A stretch of DNA of 64,000 nucleotides from a virus (IMGVR_UViG_3300034101_006325:96001-160000); one strand, 5' to 3'; counted from the stretch's first letter, positions 25,759 to 35,513 are shown. Program-made: numbers and translations. The notes: generated by a model not told the origin, from the sequence alone.

Positions 25759-27828
25759 TTACCTCTCGAATTCACTATTATTAATTAAGTTTCTGATAGA
25801 ATCAATACTGTCATCTTGCGTTAAATTTTCTTCATTTTCACTTAGAATTTTTTTATCATTTTTTTGAATATCAATCTTTGTAGATAAATTTCTTAGAGCT
25901 GACATCACATCTGGCGGTAAAGAAGTTTTTGTTCTGCTAGAATATGAGTTTGATTCTTTGAGCGGATTTTTAGCAACTGACTTCAAATAATCGGCTCCTA
26001 TAGGATCTTGTCTTTGCAAAGATTTAATGCCTGTCATATCGACAAAGTCAGGCATGTGGGTTTCTCTAGAACCCCCTCTTCCTAAAGTTCTTCTTCTTGC
26101 CCTGTTTCTTTTATTCTTAAATAATTGATTTGTTGCCTTAACTGGTGCATCATCTTTTTCGTACAATGGTGCAATAAAATCTTCATCGTCAGGATTGTCA
26201 GCTGACATTAAAAGCTCTAGATCACTTTCATTTGGATCGTCTGCTGGATCATCGGATGCGAATAGATCTTCTTCGCCTCCTTTTTCTCCTTCTTTTCCTG
26301 CTGGTTTCTCTTCTTTTTCAGTCTCTTCGCCTCCGCCGCCTCCACCGAATAAATCTTCTTCTCCTTCACCTCCAGAAGATTCACCACCTTCAGCAGAACC
26401 TGACTCACTGCCAATAGCATTTTCAATTTCTTGATCAATGAGTTTTTCTTTGTATCTTTGCGCGTCGATTTCTTCAATTTCTTCGTCTGTAAGTCCCCAG
26501 ATCTTCTTACGAACAAATTGTTTGCTTCCCATTCCCTCTGGGACTGATCCAGCAATTTCAAACTTGGCTCTCCAAAGTTCAAGCTTCTGCTGTTGTGCTA
26601 CTGTTGATGGATTAGAGAGGTGCAGGGTAAAGTTCTGTAAATCTTCAGAATCAAAGCCATTGGAATATAGATGGATTATTGCAAGTTTATTTAATTCAGC
26701 AAGAAGAACCTTCTGAATAACGTTGATGGTTCTGGAAAAACGAATATCTTCTTGGGCTAAAGTAGCCTTGGATGAAAGCATTTCGTCGTAGCCAAGATAT
26801 GCCCTTGGTATCTTTAAAGCTGCGAAAAGCTTTTTTTGAATGTAAGCAACGTCTTCGACGGCAGCAGCATTTTGACCTCCGGCCAGAGTATCAATTTTCG
26901 TACCGCTATCACCGCCTCGAACAGGAATAAAATAATCATCCTCTATCGAAAGCGGAGCATATCGAAGATCAAGTCTACCTGTTGCCCTATCGACAACCTG
27001 GTTAGTCCTTAGATTCTTTCTCTGTTCTTCAACATACATTGGAACGTTTTCAGGTGGTATGTTGGCAACATCAATATAAAAGACTCTACGTTCAGGAGCA
27101 CGTACTACACGATATACCAACATAGCGTCCTCAATAAGGATCAATTGTCGCCAGATGCGGCGAGCTGGTTCGATTACTGATGATCCATAAGGAAGAAACA
27201 TATCATTGCCAAGAAGTCTAAAGTGTGTAACTTCCCAGTTTTCAAGTGTTCTATTACCAAGAGTAACCCATCGATAACGAACTGCAAAAGGATCATTAGG
27301 GTCATAGTTCTCCTCCCGCTCTATTTCATTTACAGGTATTGGGAAAGCATTTACGACGCCATACTGCGGGGAAACGTCATTGTAGAGAAAGAAATCTCCA
27401 TATTTGACGAGATTGCGTGCCCATGAGCGGAGATTAAACTCAACATTGAGCGTATTATAGAAGAGATCTTCGAGTATTTCTTTAATCTTTTCGTTATCAG
27501 AATAGACATGAAGGACACGCCCTTTGTCATCCTGCGCGACAGTTTCATCTGCGTAGATATCCATTGCAGCAGCAATTTCAGGAGTATACTCCATCTCTGC
27601 GAAATCCTGATATCTCATCAAACGTTCTGATAAGTTATAAGCATTTGCTGTTATTGTTGCGTATGTCGGTGCAAGAGACTTTTGAAAAAGTAAGGCGCCG
27701 CTGCTTTTGGTTTTATCAGCAACAGCAACTGCTGTATCCAAAGTTCGTATTTTTCTCTTTACGACTGGTCCGCTTCTAAAAAGCTTGGTTAATCTTTGGA
27801 ACAGCGACTGTGGTTCTTTTTTGGACAT
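25759..27828 (-). CDS. gp20: Portal protein, T4 gp20-like, with a long acidic C-terminal extension
   Basis: PEIAAAMDIYADE; RNLVKYGDFF; LIEDAMLVYRVVRAPERRVFYIDV.N.P; EDDYFIPVRG; IDTLAGG; YIQKKLFAALKIP. Confidence 0.95.
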   Translation of the reverse strand: MSKKEPQSLFQRLTKLFRSGPVVKRKIRTLDTAVAVADKTKSSGALLFQKSLAPTYATITANAYNLSERLMRYQDFAEMEYTPEIAAAMDIYADETVAQDDKGRVLHVYSDNEKIKEILEDLFYNTLNVEFNLRSWARNLVKYGDFFLYNDVSPQYGVVNAFPIPVNEIEREENYDPNDPFAVRYRWVTLGNRTLENWEVTHFRLLGNDMFLPYGSSVIEPARRIWRQLILIEDAMLVYRVVRAPERRVFYIDVANIPPENVPMYVEEQRKNLRTNQVVDRATGRLDLRYAPLSIEDDYFIPVRGGDSGTKIDTLAGGQNAAAVEDVAYIQKKLFAALKIPRAYLGYDEMLSSKATLAQEDIRFSRTINVIQKVLLAELNKLAIIHLYSNGFDSEDLQNFTLHLSNPSTVAQQQKLELWRAKFEIAGSVPEGMGSKQFVRKKIWGLTDEEIEEIDAQRYKEKLIDQEIENAIGSESGSAEGGESSGGEGEEDLFGGGGGGEETEKEEKPAGKEGEKGGEEDLFASDDPADDPNESDLELLMSADNPDDEDFIAPLYEKDDAPVKATNQLFKNKRNRARRRTLGRGGSRETHMPDFVDMTGIKSLQRQDPIGADYLKSVAKNPLKESNSYSSRTKTSLPPDVMSALRNLSTKIDIQKNDKKILSENEENLTQDDSIDSIRNLINNSEFER

Positions 27829-27896
27829 GTTATTTGCTCGCCTATTTAAGGACAGCTCTTTAAATACTAAATTAAAAATTCAATTTGTTATAATTT

Positions 27897-28238
27897 CTAC
27901 ACAACTTTCTTGCTTGGCTTCACAAGAATTTTTTTGGCAGCTGGTTTAACTTCTGGTTTTTGCTCTACTTTAATAAATGAATCAGACGTATCGGCAACTT
28001 TTTTTACCTCGTCGACGACGTCTTGAAGAAGTTTAGGAAGAGTTGTCTTTGATTCATCAAATGACATTAATTCATCCTTTAAAACATTGTTTTGAAAGTC
28101 TTCAACGGCCTTCAACAACCCTGCCAAGGAAACTTTTAATTGTCCTGATGCTTTGAGTGCTGTAGCATTATTTTCATTTAGCTTTTTAAATTCTTCAGCA
28201 ATCAATGTTTCTAAAAGTTTTTTTGTTAGCTTTGGCAT
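27897..28238 (-). CDS. Small protein with shared N-terminal motif
   Basis: MPKLTKKLLETLIAEEF; SD AGAGG. Confidence 0.75.
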   Translation of the reverse strand: MPKLTKKLLETLIAEEFKKLNENNATALKASGQLKVSLAGLLKAVEDFQNNVLKDELMSFDESKTTLPKLLQDVVDEVKKVADTSDSFIKVEQKPEVKPAAKKILVKPSKKVV

Positions 28239-28278
28239 TTGATCGAACCTCTTAGTTTCAATACATATTCACTACATA

Positions 28279-29880
28279 TCAACGATAAAGCCAAGAAAAA
28301 TCAGAAACATCAACATGTTTTATCTGAGAAGGATCTCTTGGCTTGTGCACATCTCTGGCATTAGGAATAAGTCCTTTAATGGCGGGATTTGTTAAAGGTC
28401 TTGCAGATGACAAGTCTCCTGGCATATTTTCATTTCTATGCACTTTGGTGGCTTTCAACATTGCCATCGCGACAGCCATGGCTTGATCATTATTGTTTGA
28501 CTCTCCTGCAACGAGCCAAGATCCAATAGCCAGACTCATTATTAGATCATCATGAGCATCTTTGGCAGCTTGAGCTCTATTACCGTTCCAAATAAATGCC
28601 TGCAATTGATCGTATAATCTTTGTGAATACACCTTGACAATAGAATTTCTTATCAGCTCTTCAAGTTTTGCAAGAATTTGAGTTCTTGATTTTTGCTGTG
28701 TAGAAAAACCAGGAATGGCATCTGGATTACTCGATCTAAACTCAAATAAATCTCCTGTTGCTCCCTGATAATACAATCTTGGATAACCTTCGTCTCTTAA
28801 TTTTACACATGTAAAATATCCAAAGGTATTTTGTTCGGGACATAGAAGTGCATCATTGTATTTTTTACCCCATTCAAACAAAAGATCTGCAAATTTATCT
28901 GGGGGTAATTTGCCCATAAATTCTGCAACAACTTCGCAATTTTCATTATCTATGACATGAAAAGCTGAGAAATCTCCTGCATCGCCGCGGGCGACGTCTG
29001 CAGAAATTACATATTTTTTACCTGATTCAGGCCGGCGCCACACCCAAACTCCGCTTTGAGGCCCAGCTTTTTCTATTGGATTTTTTATTGATTCTCTTAT
29101 GCTCTCTAAATCTTTTGATTGCAAAAAAGTATCGCCAGAAGATATAAAATCACAAAGAAACTCTTGAGAAATACTTCTCTTAGAAAGATTTCTTGTTTCT
29201 TTTACAAACCATTCTTCGTCGTGCTCTGGGTGCACATACCATGGTAATTTTATGGTATTGAACTCATTTTGTTTTGTTTCGCCCTCCATCCACAAGCGGT
29301 AATATTGACCACCCACACCATTTGGTGTTGAAATAATAATAGCATTACCTCCAGTAGACAGAGTAGGATACAAACCTGTCCAAATATCTTCAAAGTCTCT
29401 AATGAATGCAGCCTCATCGACTATTAGAAGTGAAAGAGCTTCAGAACGACCTGCATCTGGGGACGTTGGAATGGCTGTTATATTTGAACCATTGTGAAAT
29501 CTTATGGACTGTTTTGTGGGTTCATATTTGGTAAGAAGCAGCCAGTTGGGCAATCCTTCAAGCATGATCTTTACCTTTTTGATAAAGTTCATTGCTGTCT
29601 GAAGCTTGGTAGCAATTACCAAGATATTTTTATCTTTTTTAAAGATTGCAAACCATGTTGCATAAGCTGCAGTAACAGTTGATAAACCTAGCTGACGAGA
29701 TTTAAGCACTATATTAAAACGATTTTTCTCAAATGAAGCTACACATTCATCCTGAAAATCATAAGTTTCAAATGGAATTAGACCCCGCAGCATGTGCTGG
29801 ATCTTCACGTATTTCTTCATGAAGTAGACGGGGTCTTTGCCACACCGAAGTATTTCGGCAATTTGTTCTTTTTTTGTCAT
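28279..29880 (-). CDS. gp17: Terminase large subunit, T4 gp17-like
   Basis: KSRQLGLST (Walker A variant); LIVDEAAF; STPNG; SQEFLC; ISADVARG..GDFSAF; HDDLIMSLA. Confidence 0.95.
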   Translation of the reverse strand: MTKKEQIAEILRCGKDPVYFMKKYVKIQHMLRGLIPFETYDFQDECVASFEKNRFNIVLKSRQLGLSTVTAAYATWFAIFKKDKNILVIATKLQTAMNFIKKVKIMLEGLPNWLLLTKYEPTKQSIRFHNGSNITAIPTSPDAGRSEALSLLIVDEAAFIRDFEDIWTGLYPTLSTGGNAIIISTPNGVGGQYYRLWMEGETKQNEFNTIKLPWYVHPEHDEEWFVKETRNLSKRSISQEFLCDFISSGDTFLQSKDLESIRESIKNPIEKAGPQSGVWVWRRPESGKKYVISADVARGDAGDFSAFHVIDNENCEVVAEFMGKLPPDKFADLLFEWGKKYNDALLCPEQNTFGYFTCVKLRDEGYPRLYYQGATGDLFEFRSSNPDAIPGFSTQQKSRTQILAKLEELIRNSIVKVYSQRLYDQLQAFIWNGNRAQAAKDAHDDLIMSLAIGSWLVAGESNNNDQAMAVAMAMLKATKVHRNENMPGDLSSARPLTNPAIKGLIPNARDVHKPRDPSQIKHVDVSDFSWLYR

Positions 29881-30293
29881 GCTAATTCAAATGCAGTTTT
29901 TCTTCGATAGTAAGCCGTTCTTTTTGGATTGTGTACTGCAAATCCAATTATCTCTAAAGAATCGCTGGTGGAATATTCCTTTGACTTCAGTGTTTTTCCT
30001 GAAAGCTCCGAATAAACAGCTTTCACATTCTTTAGAGCAGCATTAATTATTTCAATTGATTCAGACTCGTACATCTGTTTCATCAATGCCATCTCTTTTT
30101 CTGTTCCAAAATTTACAATAGCTGCATATGATGCAGTTAAAATAGGAGAACCATCTTCGCCTTCTGCACTGCTTCCTAACGCAGATGACAGTGTAAATTT
30201 GACGGAATAGGAAGCCGTTTTTGGTGTCGATGTCCTGCCCCAGGATGTATCAATTGCTTGTCCAAGAGCATTGTAGTCAATATTGGATGCCAT
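29877..30293 (-). CDS. Hypothetical protein
   Basis: 138 aa; SD GGAG; stop overlaps the terminase start. Confidence 0.75.
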   Translation of the reverse strand: MASNIDYNALGQAIDTSWGRTSTPKTASYSVKFTLSSALGSSAEGEDGSPILTASYAAIVNFGTEKEMALMKQMYESESIEIINAALKNVKAVYSELSGKTLKSKEYSTSDSLEIIGFAVHNPKRTAYYRRKTAFELA

Positions 30294-30320
30294 GTGTGTT
30301 CTCCATCTAAATATAATTAA

Positions 30321-30626
30321 TTATTCAAACTGAATTACTTTACTCACAAATTGACGATTCTGAACAGAAATTTCAATCTGATTTTTTGTAGGTCTCCAAC
30401 CTTTTTCCCATTCTACCTTGTGTGAATAAGCCCAAGTATCTGCACACGTTGAACAACAACCAAATTTTTTATGTGATTCTTCATCATCTTTTGTTGAATA
30501 TCTAATTTCACAGACATCACAAAAAATAGGTGTGTATTTTTTTTCATCGAAATTTTCAGGAATTATAACGCTATAATCCTCACAAATTTTTATCTTTCTA
30601 TTTCTTGTATAAGGTGACCACGTCAT
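30321..30626 (-). CDS. Small putative Zn-binding protein
   Basis: CDVC and CCSTC motifs. Confidence 0.65.
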   Translation of the reverse strand: MTWSPYTRNRKIKICEDYSVIIPENFDEKKYTPIFCDVCEIRYSTKDDEESHKKFGCCSTCADTWAYSHKVEWEKGWRPTKNQIEISVQNRQFVSKVIQFE

Positions 30627-33208
30627 TGTAGATCTCCGAAAATAATTTGTGCGTCTTTTTCAACCTTGGTTATGTCTAAAACATGATCGACAACGTCTTT
30701 GATGCCATCAACATGGGTTATAACAATAATAACCTTAAAATATCTTTTAAGAGATGTAAGCAATCTATTACATGATTCAACAGCAGAATCATCTAGAGTT
30801 CCGAACCCTTCATCTATAATAAAAAGATCTGGTTTTGGAAGAGAAGAAATATTAATCATGGCAACTCTAACTGCAAGAGAAGTTATTGTCTTTTCCATTC
30901 CTGAACAGAGTTCTATTATTCTTCTAGAATCACCATAATTAATGTAAATTTCGGTTGTGTCGGAGTCTTCTTCGTTCTCTAGCTCAACAGAAAAATCGAC
31001 TATTCCTTGCAATATTTTTGCAATTTCAGAATTTATTGCAGGAAGTTGTGAACGTGTAACAGCAAGTGGAATTCCTTTCTTAGAAAAAGCAGAAACAATT
31101 ATTTCGTTAACCTTGAGCTCCTCTAAAATTTTGTCTCTATTTAGTTTTTCTTCTATAAATTTTTCCAAATTAGCATTTAATTTGCCTTGCTGAGATGCAA
31201 TTTCCATTTTTTTAGAATCAATATTGTCAATTAATTTAGACAAAACTTCTAATTTTTCTTTGATAGAAACAGCCTCTATATTTTCTTGATTTTTTAAAGA
31301 CTGTTCTAGATTACCAAGGCGCAATCTAGCGCTTTGCAGTTCGGAAAAAATTCCATCCGATATAGACTTCTTTTTTAGATAATCATTTTCTTTTTTAGAT
31401 ACCTCAAATTTTAACTTTATCTCTAAGTCAATTAATTTCTCAATTTTTTCAAGTCTATCGATAAATCCACTTGATGTTATTGAATCTAAATTTTCGACTG
31501 CTTTATCAAGATTTGACTTAGCAAGTTTTACAGAATTAATTTGAATAATTTGCTTTTCTTTGTTGACATGAGCGTCTTTAATAAATTTGCAAGTAGGGTA
31601 TTGGTCGCCACAAGGAACTTCATCAAGTATCTTTAAAGACTTTTTTTGCTGTTCAAGAATAGATTCTTCTTTTTCAAAATTATGTCTAAGCGTTAAAAGA
31701 GAAGTTTCAAGTTGTCGATACTGCTCTTTTCTTTTCTTTAGATCTTCAATGTCATTGTTGTCTTTTACATCGGAGATCTTCTCAAGTTTAAGATTGACTT
31801 CAATAATTTCTTGTTGAAGTTTTTCAACTTGCTCAATAGACTGGTCATAGTTTGTCTGCAATTGATTAATTTTTTGTCTTAACGCATCAAGTGTTTCTTT
31901 TGAAACTGCAACGTATGGTCCTAATTTACTGATTTCTGATTGAAGACGTGAGTATTCAGCTCTTTTTTCTTCAGCATCTTGACTTAGATTTTTAAGATCT
32001 AATTTTGCTTTTTCAATATCATTTTTAGTTTGGTCAATTAGGACTGACCAATCTCTATCCGGGTAATTTTTTAATTGTGATTTTGAAGCACTTGCTTCTT
32101 TATTGGCAATTTCATGCATTCTATCAAAAATGTCAAGATCTAAAAATTTAGAAAGAATTGCTCTCCTCTTGGCAGATCCTTGAGATATGAACTGATTAAT
32201 TTCTCCTTGAGCAGAAAGAGAAGTCATTAGAAAATCTTCGTGACTTCCAATTAAATTTTTAATAATTTTTTCAGTATCGGTTCTCTGCTCTCCGTTTAAT
32301 TCGTCTACTTCACCATCTTCTTTCATCCTGTAGACATTTAAAGAAGTGGTCGCGCTAATTCCTTTTTTAGACTCAGACTTTGTTGTTTGACGCTCAATAA
32401 TGTAGTCTGTTCCACTATGATTAATGATCGCTCTTGCTGAACAATAAGGTTTTCTAATATTGCATATGTGAATATTCTTCATTGGACCACGATCAGTGGT
32501 ATTAAACAAAGCATACATGATCGTTCCAACAATAGAAGATTTTCCGATTCTATTGGCTCCAAATATTCCAACAATTCCATTGATTGCATCAAAATTTATA
32601 TAATTTTTTTCTCCATAAGAAAAAACATTGTTAAAATTAAGATGTCTTAAAGACCACTTAGAATTTCTAAGTACTTCTTCGTTAGAAGCAACAATAGATA
32701 ATATCTTTTTAATTGAGTCAGAAGTTTTAGTCCATGTTTCTTCAGAAAAATTAGAATTTTTATGATGATCTTTGACCAATTTTAAAAGAACATCAGGAGA
32801 CCTAAGGTCAGACTTGGCCAAAGATGCAGCCCCAGCTTTGACTACAGACCGATCGATTGTAACGTCTGACTTAAATGTTATTTCAGAAGCACCTTTTGAA
32901 TATAGAACAGAATTAATTGATTGAATTTCTTTTTGAGTAACGTGAGAGTTAGATCTAATTCTGTATCTTGTTCCCTTTGGATAATTTTTAGATGCTTTTA
33001 AAAGTTCGTCTAACTCTCCTGTCCACGTCAGAGTTACAAAAGGTTTTGGATTTGGCAATTTTTTAAAATTAATTGACCAATCTTCTGATGACTCAATATC
33101 CCACAATAGATAACCATGATCTAGGTCTTCAGCATAATTTTGTTGCAAAGGAGTTCCTGGATATGCAATCCAGGGTTTCTTTACCTTTATTTTTATTTTT
33201 TTGCCCAT
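30623..33208 (-). CDS. sbcC: SbcC/Rad50/gp46-like ATPase carrying the C-terminal part of an SbcD nuclease at its N-terminus
   Basis: GANRIGKSS Walker A; long coiled coil with CPTC hook; LCSGMEK signature; FIIDEGFGTLD; ITH; N-terminal AYPGTPLQQNYAE...GYLLWD. Confidence 0.9.
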   Translation of the reverse strand: MGKKIKIKVKKPWIAYPGTPLQQNYAEDLDHGYLLWDIESSEDWSINFKKLPNPKPFVTLTWTGELDELLKASKNYPKGTRYRIRSNSHVTQKEIQSINSVLYSKGASEITFKSDVTIDRSVVKAGAASLAKSDLRSPDVLLKLVKDHHKNSNFSEETWTKTSDSIKKILSIVASNEEVLRNSKWSLRHLNFNNVFSYGEKNYINFDAINGIVGIFGANRIGKSSIVGTIMYALFNTTDRGPMKNIHICNIRKPYCSARAIINHSGTDYIIERQTTKSESKKGISATTSLNVYRMKEDGEVDELNGEQRTDTEKIIKNLIGSHEDFLMTSLSAQGEINQFISQGSAKRRAILSKFLDLDIFDRMHEIANKEASASKSQLKNYPDRDWSVLIDQTKNDIEKAKLDLKNLSQDAEEKRAEYSRLQSEISKLGPYVAVSKETLDALRQKINQLQTNYDQSIEQVEKLQQEIIEVNLKLEKISDVKDNNDIEDLKKRKEQYRQLETSLLTLRHNFEKEESILEQQKKSLKILDEVPCGDQYPTCKFIKDAHVNKEKQIIQINSVKLAKSNLDKAVENLDSITSSGFIDRLEKIEKLIDLEIKLKFEVSKKENDYLKKKSISDGIFSELQSARLRLGNLEQSLKNQENIEAVSIKEKLEVLSKLIDNIDSKKMEIASQQGKLNANLEKFIEEKLNRDKILEELKVNEIIVSAFSKKGIPLAVTRSQLPAINSEIAKILQGIVDFSVELENEEDSDTTEIYINYGDSRRIIELCSGMEKTITSLAVRVAMINISSLPKPDLFIIDEGFGTLDDSAVESCNRLLTSLKRYFKVIIVITHVDGIKDVVDHVLDITKVEKDAQIIFGDLQ

Positions 33209-33220
33209 GTGAATTGATCT

Positions 33221-33865
33221 TTATTCAACAATTGTGCAGCCTGGATATTTTGACAATTCTTCTTCTTCTATTTCGATGGTTACTTCTCTAAAGTCCAAAA
33301 ATTGCATTTTGTGTATGTCTCCCAGAAGTACAAAATCAAAGTCTTTGAAAAATTCGACTGTTAAACCTTCTTCTATATTCCAGCCTGTTTCACTTACTGA
33401 TCCATTGACAGGCCCATGATAGCAAGCAATATTAACATCGCCTTTTATGGGTTTTACATTCTTCCAGCCTTCTTCGTCAAAAAGGCTGAAGACGCACAGG
33501 TTGTATCCTTTTTGAATTTCAAAGACTCCGCTTTTTTTGTAAAGAAAAATTCTAGGATTGTTAAGCGCAGAAACTATTGGTGAAACTGCATCTTGTCTAG
33601 ATAAATTAACTAGATTGCCGTCATGATTTCCTAGTGTTAAATGAACAGGTGCAATTTTGCTCATTGCATCTAACCACCAAGTTAGATGCTCAATATATTC
33701 AGGTGATATTCCTGTTGTTTTAGTATGAAAAATGTCACCACCCACAAAAATGTGATTCACACTATTTTTTTTGCAATCATTAATGAATGCTGTAAAAACT
33801 TCTCTATACTCGTCATGACGAGTCAAGCCTCGCCAGTGAACGTCTGCAGTATGTGCGATTCGCAT
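33221..33865 (-). CDS. sbcD: SbcD/Mre11/gp47-like metallophosphoesterase, N-terminal part only
   Basis: ADVHW; GGDIFH; GNHDG; CYHG; LGDIHK; ATG at 33865. Confidence 0.9.
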   Translation of the reverse strand: MRIAHTADVHWRGLTRHDEYREVFTAFINDCKKNSVNHIFVGGDIFHTKTTGISPEYIEHLTWWLDAMSKIAPVHLTLGNHDGNLVNLSRQDAVSPIVSALNNPRIFLYKKSGVFEIQKGYNLCVFSLFDEEGWKNVKPIKGDVNIACYHGPVNGSVSETGWNIEEGLTVEFFKDFDFVLLGDIHKMQFLDFREVTIEIEEEELSKYPGCTIVE

Positions 33866-33903
33866 TTTAATCAAAAATATACATCAAAAAGAAACTGTTC
33901 AAT

Positions 33904-34887
33904 TTAGATGCTAAATCTAATTTCAGTTGCTTTCTTCATTTTTCTTAAAAAATCATCTTCCCAATTTATTATTTTCGCATCAGATAGTGCGTTCTCGAAT
34001 TCCAACTTAGACATATTTCCGGGATCTTTCCACTGTCTAACGTCAACAACTAAAACATCAATGTTATATTCCATTAATTTTTTTGCAATTTTTGGAGTTT
34101 TCTTATCCCACATGTCACCATCGAGTGCCAACCAAATAGGCGTATTATTTAAAAGAATTTTATTAAATATTTCATGTCTTTCGTCCAGATCAGACCCCAG
34201 CAAAGCTGTGGAATTTTCAGGGCATTTAACCAAATCAAATGCACCTTCTACTAGAACAAGTCTCTTCTGCCAGTCCAAGTTAATTTCATTAAAAACTATA
34301 GGATTTTTATCAACATCAGGATTGTCGTACTTGGGTTTTTTATCTTTGTCAATTGCTCTTGCTACAAAATAGTTTAAATTTCCTAGTGAGTCAAAAGAAG
34401 GCATGATCAACCTTCTTTTCCAACGAGGTTCATCAGAAATTCCTAACTTAAAATACCATGCATCTTTGTCAGTTAATCCTCTCGAATAAAGATAACGCCA
34501 CGCTGCCTTGACATCAGGATCTAAATCGTTTGCAAGAGAAAGAAGTTTAAAATCTTTTGGAAGACAAATTTTTTGTTTTTCTTCTTTTTCTCCTGTGACT
34601 AGTCGAGAAGTCCCGGGAGATATTCCGAACATTTCCTTGAAAGTTTCAAGTTGAAGTTGTGTACCGTATTTCCTGATGAGTGGAATAATTGTTCTTGATT
34701 TCCATCCACATACCCAGCAATGGTTGGCCGACGTATCTGTTCTAATTGAAAGTTTCTTTTTAGATTGGTCAGAAGGCGCACATATGGGGCAGCGTACGTC
34801 AAAATTAATTCCATTGGAAGATACGTGACCTTTGCCAAAGATAGATTCAAAAAAAATAATGCTGTCAGAGACAGAACGGATTCCCAC
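33904..34887 (-). CDS. DNA primase, gp61/DnaG-like
   Basis: CPIC...HCWVC Zn ribbon; TOPRIM LVEGAFD and LALDGD. Confidence 0.9.
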   Translation of the reverse strand: MGIRSVSDSIIFFESIFGKGHVSSNGINFDVRCPICAPSDQSKKKLSIRTDTSANHCWVCGWKSRTIIPLIRKYGTQLQLETFKEMFGISPGTSRLVTGEKEEKQKICLPKDFKLLSLANDLDPDVKAAWRYLYSRGLTDKDAWYFKLGISDEPRWKRRLIMPSFDSLGNLNYFVARAIDKDKKPKYDNPDVDKNPIVFNEINLDWQKRLVLVEGAFDLVKCPENSTALLGSDLDERHEIFNKILLNNTPIWLALDGDMWDKKTPKIAKKLMEYNIDVLVVDVRQWKDPGNMSKLEFENALSDAKIINWEDDFLRKMKKATEIRFSI

Positions 34888-34918
34888 ATAATTATCCTAA
34901 CAAATAATCATGAGATGT

Positions 34919-35473
34919 TCATAAGAGGCATGCAGCCCTGGCTATCACATATGCATCCGTAGCATCTCGACTCCAGTCTACTGGTTCTCCATTTTTCTTC
35001 TTTGGCCATACAACATGTTTTAAGTCATTCTCTGACATGTATCTAAAAACTTGTTCTTTGCCATTTATGCCCGCAATGGACGTCTTCTGCAATTTTATTC
35101 CGCATGATTTTCTTGCTGTTGATGAAGCTATGTACTGAGGATCTACACCAAATATTCCTCTTGAAATATACGAGACAATGCCATTGAATCTCATCAGCGT
35201 AGTTATCGTTGCTGCGGAAGACATTCCCGCCCTGAAACCCATCAGTGGTTCCTCAAGATAGACTTTGTAGTCTCCTGGAAATTTATTTTTCAAATCACCG
35301 AGGGATCTTGATGTAAAATCTGCCTTATCCCAAAGTGTATTGCACTTCTTGTATTCAATCCTATCGAGATAAATAATGTGCGATCCTGAGTCATCCCCTG
35401 CTTTGTTTGCATCGAGTATTGACACACCTGTCACAGATGTCGAAACATCCAAGCCTATGATATAGTTCTTCAC
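34919..35473 (-). CDS. RuvC-like Holliday junction resolvase
   Basis: IIGLDVSTSVTG; YLEEP; DATDAYVIA. Confidence 0.8.
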   Translation of the reverse strand: MKNYIIGLDVSTSVTGVSILDANKAGDDSGSHIIYLDRIEYKKCNTLWDKADFTSRSLGDLKNKFPGDYKVYLEEPLMGFRAGMSSAATITTLMRFNGIVSYISRGIFGVDPQYIASSTARKSCGIKLQKTSIAGINGKEQVFRYMSENDLKHVVWPKKKNGEPVDWSRDATDAYVIARAACLL

Positions 35474-35513
35474 GTGTCATTATTTAAACACAGATTGGTC
35501 AGGTAAAATAGAA

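Noticed and set aside
25759-33865. Inteins or introns in portal, terminase or SbcCD
   Set aside because: Motif spacing is continuous and no C...HN-[CST] splice motifs or LAGLIDADG inserts are visible; the YPGCTIVE tail is too short for an N-intein
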